Shown here piece by piece: positions 27,176-34,258 of a stretch of DNA of 47,986 bases. Position 1 is the first letter of the stretch. Each line of letters begins with the position of its first letter. The notes beneath the pieces were generated by a model, which saw only the letters and a list, made by a program, of their open reading frames with translations, did not search any database and was not told the origin of the DNA. The position numbers and the translations under genes are program-made. Location of the stretch: contig CALMWJ010000178.1 in the NCBI GenBank assembly GCA_937873525.1, positions 1-47,986 of the forward strand. The letters run 5' to 3'. The DNA comes from an uncultured Peptococcaceae bacterium (GTDB lineage Bacteria; Bacillota; Peptococcia; DRI-13; UBA5745).

Positions 27176-27205
27176 ATTAAATCTTTGTCATTCAGCGAAT
27201 GCCAA
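27176..27205 (-). promoter_or_regulatory. Candidate sigmaA promoter upstream of the leader terminator
   Basis: On the minus strand: TTGGCA (27205-27200), an 18-nt spacer, then TTTAAT (27181-27176). Confidence 0.3.
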
Positions 27206-27385
27206 ATATTTCTTAGCATGCGGTACGAGGTCTCGAATCACCCGACGTATTCAATTTTCTTTATCTTGGGGAAGATATTCGACGGGATTTTTTATTTCCC
27301 TTCTTTTCTTGAAAAAAATTTTTAACAAAAGTTAATAGTTTAGGCTGGCCTTTATACTGCAAATCGAAAAATACGGCGGCATAGC

Positions 27386-27757
27386 TTATTTTTTCACAAC
27401 GATGGTGGCCAGCAGCTCTTCAACGGGTTTTTCTAAAATGCTGACGCTGGCGGATATTTCCGTCTTTGGATCATAGTCTTTCAGATGAGTCAGCACCTTG
27501 ATGCCTAAATATTCATCCATGGCTGCGATAAAACGATCCTTGAATTCCATGATCAAGGCGATATCCATGATTTTTGATGTGAGGTTGTCGGTTCGTTCCA
27601 CCATGGAAAGCATCTTGACCCGGTTGTTGTGGGCAATAATGATGATTTTGTCCTGGAAAATTTCTACCCGCTGGGATTTCAACCCCTGGCCGAACACTTC
27701 GATGTTGACTTTGTTATTGATTCGGATAATTTCCTGTTTGAACTCACCAAGCTGCAT
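27386..27757 (-). CDS. DUF2294 (MpsC-like) family protein
   Basis: 123 aa. Its length and pattern (…FGQGLKSQRVEIFQDKIIIIAH…EYLGIKVLTHLKDYDPKTE…) fit the DUF2294 family. GGCGAGGTG lies upstream. Confidence 0.6.
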   Translation of the reverse strand: MQLGEFKQEIIRINNKVNIEVFGQGLKSQRVEIFQDKIIIIAHNNRVKMLSMVERTDNLTSKIMDIALIMEFKDRFIAAMDEYLGIKVLTHLKDYDPKTEISASVSILEKPVEELLATIVVKK

Positions 27758-27909
27758 CCGGCACCTCGCCTTTCAAAGGACATCCTTTTGATAAATAAAG
27801 AAGGGTCACATCGGGATCATCGTTGAGCGCAGGTTCATAATATGCTATATAATAATATCCTATTGTATATTCTGTACACATATAAAAATTCCTGCTGACT
27901 CATGAATAT

Positions 27910-29196
27910 TTAAGGCAATTTGGATATCTCCTGCGCAGCCAGCAAGATGCCCAGTTTGATCTGCGCCAAAGACAGCCCGCCCTGCATATAAGCAATATAG
28001 GGTTCCCTCACCGGTCCGTCGGCGCTTAGTTCGATGGAAGATCCCTGAATGAACGTCCCTCCTGCCATGATCACCGGATGATCATAGCCCGGAAGCATGG
28101 CCGGTTCAGGAACAAACATGGAATCCAGCGGACAGGCTTTTTGTATCCCTTGGCAAAAAGAGATGAGTTTGCCGGCATGATTCAGACAAATCGCCTGAAC
28201 AATATCGACCCGCGGCGCATTGGGTTTGGGCAGAACTTCGTATCCGAGCCGTGAAAAATATTCAGAGGCCAATTCGGCACCCTTCACCGCCTGGGCCACA
28301 ATCAATGGCGCCTGAAAAAGTCCCTGGTATGCCGTGCGGTTGAATTCCAGGGAAGCCCCGATATCCTGACCCAGTCCAGGCGCTGTCAATCGCCGGGCAG
28401 CTGCCGAAATACATTCTTTTTTGCCTGCAAGATAACCGCCGCATCGCGCCAATCCGCCGCCGGGATTTTTGATCAAGGACCCTGCGACCAGATCCGCGCC
28501 GACTTCGCCGGGTTCCTGGGTTTCGATCATTTCACAATAACAGTTGTCCACCATACAAATTATATTCGGATCAACGTCCTTGACCGTCTGCATAGCCATG
28601 GTCAATTCTTCAATGGTTGTGGAAGGACGCCACTGGTAGCCTTTGGATCGTTGAAACAAGACAAGGCCGGTTTCGGGAGACAGGCTCTTCCTCAGAGCCT
28701 CCCTGTCGATGTGCCCCTCGGGCGTCAGATCGACTTCCCGATAGGTGACGCCGGAGTCGATCAGAGAGCCCTTTTCTCCATGCAGGCCGATGACTTTCTG
28801 CAGGGTGTCATAAGGTCGTCCGATGGCGCTGACCATCTCCTGGCCGCTGCGAAGGTTTCCGAACAGTCCCAGAGCCAAAGCGTGGGTTCCGGAGACGATC
28901 TGACTTCGAACCAGTGCGGCTTCGCCGCCAAAGAAACCCGCAAAAATCGATTCCAGTGCCTCCCTGCCCACGTCTCCGTACCCGTATCCTGTGGAGCCAT
29001 GCAAGTGGAAATCTGTGATTTGATGATCCTGGAATTGTTTCAGAAGTTTGATCTGCTGGAACTCGGCTTGCAAATCGAACTTCCTGAACCGGCCTTCACA
29101 GACAGCCTCCGCCTCCTCCATCAATCGGATCAGATGCCCGGATATCGAGTAATGATTTTTGTAAAATGATTGCACCACGTTTCTTCCTCTCTGCAT
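27910..29196 (-). CDS. Methionine gamma-lyase family / aluminium-resistance protein (YnbB-like, PLP-dependent)
   Basis: 428 aa with GYGYGDVGRE and SLIKNPGGG motifs. It follows hflX as ynbB does in B. subtilis. An alternative GTG start at 29178 lies after AGAGGAAGA. Confidence 0.85.
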   Translation of the reverse strand: MQRGRNVVQSFYKNHYSISGHLIRLMEEAEAVCEGRFRKFDLQAEFQQIKLLKQFQDHQITDFHLHGSTGYGYGDVGREALESIFAGFFGGEAALVRSQIVSGTHALALGLFGNLRSGQEMVSAIGRPYDTLQKVIGLHGEKGSLIDSGVTYREVDLTPEGHIDREALRKSLSPETGLVLFQRSKGYQWRPSTTIEELTMAMQTVKDVDPNIICMVDNCYCEMIETQEPGEVGADLVAGSLIKNPGGGLARCGGYLAGKKECISAAARRLTAPGLGQDIGASLEFNRTAYQGLFQAPLIVAQAVKGAELASEYFSRLGYEVLPKPNAPRVDIVQAICLNHAGKLISFCQGIQKACPLDSMFVPEPAMLPGYDHPVIMAGGTFIQGSSIELSADGPVREPYIAYMQGGLSLAQIKLGILLAAQEISKLP

Positions 29197-29232
29197 GTTC
29201 CATAGGATGCCTCAAGCGGATGTAAAATCCAG

Positions 29233-30519
29233 TCAACGGATATAAGCGCTTAATTTTTTGATGGTGATCTCAGGCAAGAGGGCCGTTCCGGTGATTTCCT
29301 CCGGTCCGTGGACGATGTCCAGAACGGAACCCGCTTCATAGATCTGATTCAGGATGTGTCCTTGTGCGGAAGGGATCCGGAAATCGACTTTTCTTGGTGG
29401 CTTGGGAAGATATTCGATCATAAGCTTTTTCAGCGTATCCAAACCCTCGCCCTTTTTTGCCGAAATCATAACCGAAGGCGCAAACCGGCTGAGGGTTTGC
29501 TGCAGTTCTATGGGATCTTCGACCTGATCTGCTTTATTGAATACATGAATCACCGGTTTTTCCTTGCAGCCGATTTCCTCCAGCACCTGATGAACGGTCT
29601 TGATCTGCCCCTCCATATCCGGATGGGAGGCGTCGATCACGTGCACCAGCAGATCACTGTAGGTTGCTTCTTCCAGGGTTGCCCGGAAGGCCGTGACCAA
29701 TGAATGGGGCAGCTGCTGAATAAAACCGACGGTGTCCGTCAGCAGGGCCTCCGTCCCAAAGAGGTCAAGGCGTCGGGTGGATGGATCCAAGGTCGCAAAA
29801 AGCTTGTTTTCAGCGGTCACATCCGACCGGGTCAAGGTATTGAGAAGCGTTGACTTTCCGGCATTGGTATAGCCAACCAGGGAAATCACCGGAACCTCCC
29901 GCTTTTCCCGATAGCTTCGGGTGACATTGCGCTGTTTCCGGATCATTTCGATCTCGTTTTTTAATGATTCGATCCGAGTCCGGATGTGCCGGCGGTCTTT
30001 TTCCAACTGGGATTCCCCCGGGCCACGGGTACCGATGCCGCCGCCTAGACGGGACATTTCCTTGCCTTTCCCGCTGAGTCGGGGCATCAGATAGGAAAGC
30101 TGTGCCAATTCGATCTGCAGCTTGCCTTCCCTTGTGATGGCGCGATCTGCAAAAATCTGCAGGATCAGGGCGCTTCGGTCGATCACGCGGCATTGGAGTC
30201 TTTGGTCAAGGTTCAGCTGCTGACGAATCGAGAGCTCATCATCGATAATGATCAAATCGATGGTTTTCTCGGCGGCCAGCCCATTGATTTCTTCGATTTT
30301 TCCTTTTCCAAGATAATATCCCGGATGAGGCATTTCCCGGTTGACCAGCACCTTATCCGCCACGATGCCGCCGGCGGTTTTCGTCAGCTGAGCCAACTCG
30401 TCCAAAGACGCTTGTGCGGAGAGGATTCTTTTCGGTTTAAAATAATTCAAACCGATCAGCAATACTTTTTCAGGCAGAATCTCAAGGGTTGTATCCAATT
30501 TTTTCAGCTCCTTCTTCAC
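29233..30519 (-). CDS. hflX: GTPase HflX
   Basis: The HflX N-domain is followed by G motifs GYTNAGKST, DTVGF and NKAD. The start is uncertain (GTG 30519 or TTG 30498 after GAAGGAG). Confidence 0.92.
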   Translation of the reverse strand: MKKELKKLDTTLEILPEKVLLIGLNYFKPKRILSAQASLDELAQLTKTAGGIVADKVLVNREMPHPGYYLGKGKIEEINGLAAEKTIDLIIIDDELSIRQQLNLDQRLQCRVIDRSALILQIFADRAITREGKLQIELAQLSYLMPRLSGKGKEMSRLGGGIGTRGPGESQLEKDRRHIRTRIESLKNEIEMIRKQRNVTRSYREKREVPVISLVGYTNAGKSTLLNTLTRSDVTAENKLFATLDPSTRRLDLFGTEALLTDTVGFIQQLPHSLVTAFRATLEEATYSDLLVHVIDASHPDMEGQIKTVHQVLEEIGCKEKPVIHVFNKADQVEDPIELQQTLSRFAPSVMISAKKGEGLDTLKKLMIEYLPKPPRKVDFRIPSAQGHILNQIYEAGSVLDIVHGPEEITGTALLPEITIKKLSAYIR

Positions 30520-31483
30520 TGGGCTGTCGCATAAAGGCTGACAGTTCAGCGAACATCCGTTCTATTTCTGTGGATTCCTTGATTTTAAGGCTGTCGAACC
30601 AATGGATCCTGGGATCCCGGCGAAACCAGGTCAATTGCCGCTTCGCATAGCGCCGGGACTCCTGCTTGATCAAATCGACCGCTTCCTGCAAAGAGAGGTT
30701 TCCCAGCAGGTGCTGGATCAGCTGGCGATAGCCGATCCCCTGCATCGCCTGGCCGTCGGGCTGACACCCTTGGTTCAGCAAGGCTTTGACTTCATCCAGC
30801 AGACCGGCCGCCATCATGGCATCGACCCTCTCCTCGATCCGCTGGTATAGCAGTTCCCGATCCATATTCAGACCGATCCAAAACACAGTATATGGGCTCT
30901 CAGTGTTCTTTGCTGCCTGAAGATTTTCGGAAATCGGTTTTCCGGTAAGCCTGTAGTATTCCAGAGCCCGGATCACCCGCTTTTGGTCATTGGGGTGCAG
31001 TTTCGCGGCGCTGGCGGGATCGACGGCCATCAGCGCTTCAAAGAGTTTTTCCTTTCCCTGGGTGATCGCCATGTTTTGATAATACGTCCTTATTTCTCCG
31101 TTAAAATCATCCTTTGGTCCGGAGAAATCGTATGGATCGATCACGCTGTTCAGATACAGTCCTGTCCCGCCCACCAGGATCGGCAGCTTTTTTCGGCTGG
31201 CGATTCTATGGATCGTCTCTCGGGCAAGGGTCTGAAATTCTGCCACGCTGAAGGGTTCCCGGGGATCCTTGATGTCGATCAGATGATGAGGGACCCCCCT
31301 CATTTCCTCCCGGGTAACCTTGGCGGTCCCGATATCCATCCCCCGGTATATTTGCATGGAATCGGCGGATATGATTTCACCGCCCAGCCTTTGGGCGATC
31401 CGGACCGCAAGATCGGATTTGCCGGATGCGGTCGGTCCGACAACCGCAATGATCCGAATAGGAAAGGAACCCTCGATAGCCAT
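30482..31483 (-). CDS. miaA: tRNA dimethylallyltransferase
   Basis: IIAVVGPTASGKSDLA P-loop and SADSMQIYRGMDIGTAK. Trimmed to the ATG at 31483, because the track ORF extends into the upstream gene. Confidence 0.92.
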   Translation of the reverse strand: MAIEGSFPIRIIAVVGPTASGKSDLAVRIAQRLGGEIISADSMQIYRGMDIGTAKVTREEMRGVPHHLIDIKDPREPFSVAEFQTLARETIHRIASRKKLPILVGGTGLYLNSVIDPYDFSGPKDDFNGEIRTYYQNMAITQGKEKLFEALMAVDPASAAKLHPNDQKRVIRALEYYRLTGKPISENLQAAKNTESPYTVFWIGLNMDRELLYQRIEERVDAMMAAGLLDEVKALLNQGCQPDGQAMQGIGYRQLIQHLLGNLSLQEAVDLIKQESRRYAKRQLTWFRRDPRIHWFDSLKIKESTEIERMFAELSAFMRQPSEEGAEKIGYNP

Positions 31484-31490
31484 GGAAACC

Positions 31491-32345
31491 TCACTTTTTT
31501 CCCCATATGCCGTAGGCAACGGGGCCATATTTGCTTTGATGGACCTCGGGACAGTCCAGCCGGCCAAAGAGTTTGCTGAAGACCCGCTCCTTCAGGACAA
31601 CGGCTTTTCGGCAAACCCTGAAGGCTTCGGACAAGACCCTCTCATCAAAAGCATCATAACATGCCAGCGGTCGGATCTGGTTCATTCCCGAAGATCCCTC
31701 CACCGCCGCTTTGAACATGGGATCAAAATAGACCTGATCCCAGCTGCCCTCCGGCTGCTGTATTAAAAAGTCCAGGGCCCGGATGCATCGGACGTCGATC
31801 CGACGAGCTGCGGGACTAAGCTGGACCTTTCGGCTGTCATATCGGGTGCTTTGCTTGGCCAAGCCCCAGGCCGTTATGGCACTGATCAACGGAGAAGCCT
31901 CCAGGCCGGTCACCTGCCCGTCGGGGCCGGCAGCCCAGGCGGCAATCAACGCATCGGAGGCCAAGCCCAAGGTGCAATCCAGGACCCGGTCGCCGGGCAG
32001 GATTCCCGACGCTTCCAAAAACAAGTCCTTTTTGCCTTCCTGAAGGCTGCGGAGTCTGATCAACGCCATGCCGGGATGCCAAGCCAGCTCCGGCTGATCC
32101 ATGAATAGCCGTCCATTGCGGTCCAGGATCAGGATGTAATCGCATTGGCTTTCCGCCTTAAGCTCTGCAATGCTTCGGTTCCTTCTTGGGATAAAAGGAC
32201 ACCCTAATTCCTCAGACAGGGCATGGGCCTGCTCACAAAGCGCCAAATCTTCGCGCCGGCCGCCGGCGCAAGTCAGGGCAAACGCGTATGGGCCAAACGG
32301 GATAGAATCTTTGGGGACCGGGGTATAGCGATTCAATTGCTTCAT
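31491..32345 (-). CDS. RsmJ-like class I SAM-dependent methyltransferase (DUF548 family)
   Basis: VLDCTLGLASDALIAA...LEASP...VYFDPMF parallels E. coli RsmJ VVDATAGLGRDAFVLA...LERNP...VYLDPMF. Confidence 0.7.
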   Translation of the reverse strand: MKQLNRYTPVPKDSIPFGPYAFALTCAGGRREDLALCEQAHALSEELGCPFIPRRNRSIAELKAESQCDYILILDRNGRLFMDQPELAWHPGMALIRLRSLQEGKKDLFLEASGILPGDRVLDCTLGLASDALIAAWAAGPDGQVTGLEASPLISAITAWGLAKQSTRYDSRKVQLSPAARRIDVRCIRALDFLIQQPEGSWDQVYFDPMFKAAVEGSSGMNQIRPLACYDAFDERVLSEAFRVCRKAVVLKERVFSKLFGRLDCPEVHQSKYGPVAYGIWGKK

Positions 32346-34258
32346 GATGATCTTCCGAAGGCCCGCAGAAGCCGATGGTAAGGCAGCATGTAAAGGATCG
32401 GACGGCCGTGGGGACAGGTCATAGGATGCCGGGTTTGCTGCAGCTGCATCAAAAGGTTCTCCATTTCTTTCATGGTCAGAGGCTGATTGGCCTTGACCGC
32501 GCCTTTGCAGGACATCATGATCAAGAGGGATTGACGGACGTCTTCCGGTCTCATTGCCCCCGGACGCTCAGCCAGCTGCTCAAGCAGATCCTTGAAAAAA
32601 GCCTCCGAAAGATCCGTTTGTCCTGCAGGGGCCGATCTCAGGATATACTCCCGCGGACCGAAACGCTCCACGATCATTCCCAAGTCACTCAGCACCATAA
32701 TATTGCGCACCAGGGCATCCTCTTCGGCATCGGTCAAATGCAGCGGCAAAGGCGTCAAGAGCATTTGAGCAGGGATCAGGGCATCCTGATGCTCAGAAAG
32801 AAGTTTTTCATACAAGACACGCTCATGGGCCACATGCTGATCAATCATGATCAAGCCGGCGGCGGTTTCCGCCAGGATAAAGGTATGATGGAGCTGCCCG
32901 ATGACCTGGAACGGGGTGTTCTGGTCAAAAACAAAATCCTCCGGATGGACAGGCCCGCCGGCAAAGGCTTTTAAGGCGGCTGTGTGAGCGGCCGGTCCGA
33001 CGCCGGAACCGGTGTTCAGAGAAAACGGTTCCAGGTGTTCCAGAGCTTGGAGGCCCTGCAGCCCTGGCTTTTGCCGGTCTCCTGGGTCAGTCATCCAATA
33101 GGGTTCTGACGGATGGGCAGCTTCTGCCGGGGATGCCGTATTTTTGAACCATTGGGGAGTGATTTCATTGAAGGTCTGCAGGCTTGGCTTGACCGCTGCT
33201 TGGACGGCTGCCGAGGAGGCAGCCATCTGACCGTATGAACTGAAATCCGGCATGGTCTGCCCCCCTGAGATCGCTTCGCGGATCTTGTGAGTCAGATTGG
33301 AGTAGAGTTGAGGATCGTTGATACGCACTTCCAGCTTGGCTGGGTGAACGTTCACATCCAAAAGCGCCCCCGGCAGATCAAAGCGCAGGACAGCCACCGG
33401 GAATCGCCCTCGCGGCAAAAGGTACTCATAACTGCGCTCGATCGCCCACTGGATCTCCTTGGAGACGACGCGCCGGCCGTTGATGAAAAGGTGGATGCTT
33501 TTCCGGGTGCCTTTGCTGTAAGGCGGAGCCGTCAGATATCCGGAGACTTCTGCCTGGGACACCTGGCCTTGGACCGCCGCTAAAGCGGTGCGGGCTGCTT
33601 TGCCGTAAAAAAGCTCGATCAGATCTTCAATGGCATTGACCCCTGCAGTATCAAGGATCGTTTTTCCTTGGGAATCCAGCCTGAAATCCACATGAGGGTA
33701 GCCAAGGGCCATCTGGATCATCAGGTCATGGACCAGTCCGCCTTCATAGCCAACGGATTTCATGAATTTTAGCCGGGCCGGTGTATTGAAAAACAATTCT
33801 TCCACCAGGATTTTGGTCCCGATCGGGCAGCCAGCCGCTTTCATCACAGGCTGTGAGGCTTCCCCTTTGACATTCAAGGTGCATCCGGTGGTGTTTGCAA
33901 CAAAACGGGAAGTCAGGGTCAGGTTCGAGACGGAGGCGATGCTGGCCAAGGCCTCCCCTCGGAACCCTAACGTCGTCAGGGAATCAAGGTCCTGGATCAC
34001 CGTCAATTTGCTGGTGGCATGGCGTTCCACCGCCAAAACCATATCTTCGGGCAAAATGCCGTTACCGTTGTCGGTAACGAAAATCTGTTCAAGGCCCCCT
34101 TCGCGGATCTCCACCTGGATCCGGTTGCTTCCGGCATCCAAAGCATTCTCAACCAATTCCTTAACGACCGAAACCGGGCGTTCGATCACTTCGCCGGCAG
34201 CGATCTGATTGGCGGTGACCGCATCCAAACGTTGAATTCGCTGGTCCAGGATCATCAC
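32342..34258 (-). CDS. mutL: DNA mismatch repair protein MutL
   Basis: N-terminus ANQIAAGEVIERPVSVVKELVENALDAG, GFRGEALASI, and a C-terminal dimerisation domain. Confidence 0.95.
   Translation of the reverse strand: MMILDQRIQRLDAVTANQIAAGEVIERPVSVVKELVENALDAGSNRIQVEIREGGLEQIFVTDNGNGILPEDMVLAVERHATSKLTVIQDLDSLTTLGFRGEALASIASVSNLTLTSRFVANTTGCTLNVKGEASQPVMKAAGCPIGTKILVEELFFNTPARLKFMKSVGYEGGLVHDLMIQMALGYPHVDFRLDSQGKTILDTAGVNAIEDLIELFYGKAARTALAAVQGQVSQAEVSGYLTAPPYSKGTRKSIHLFINGRRVVSKEIQWAIERSYEYLLPRGRFPVAVLRFDLPGALLDVNVHPAKLEVRINDPQLYSNLTHKIREAISGGQTMPDFSSYGQMAASSAAVQAAVKPSLQTFNEITPQWFKNTASPAEAAHPSEPYWMTDPGDRQKPGLQGLQALEHLEPFSLNTGSGVGPAAHTAALKAFAGGPVHPEDFVFDQNTPFQVIGQLHHTFILAETAAGLIMIDQHVAHERVLYEKLLSEHQDALIPAQMLLTPLPLHLTDAEEDALVRNIMVLSDLGMIVERFGPREYILRSAPAGQTDLSEAFFKDLLEQLAERPGAMRPEDVRQSLLIMMSCKGAVKANQPLTMKEMENLLMQLQQTRHPMTCPHGRPILYMLPYHRLLRAFGRSS

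Noticed and set aside
27186-27205. TGGCAT...GCT resembling a sigma-54 -24/-12 element (minus strand)
   Set aside because: The GG and GC dinucleotides are not at the required spacing. The same TTGGCA fits better as a sigmaA -35 element.
27141-27335. 64-aa plus-strand ORF in the DUF2294 / NIF3 intergenic region
   Set aside because: It has a TTG start without an RBS. It lies opposite to the flanking transcription direction and overlaps the terminator hairpin.
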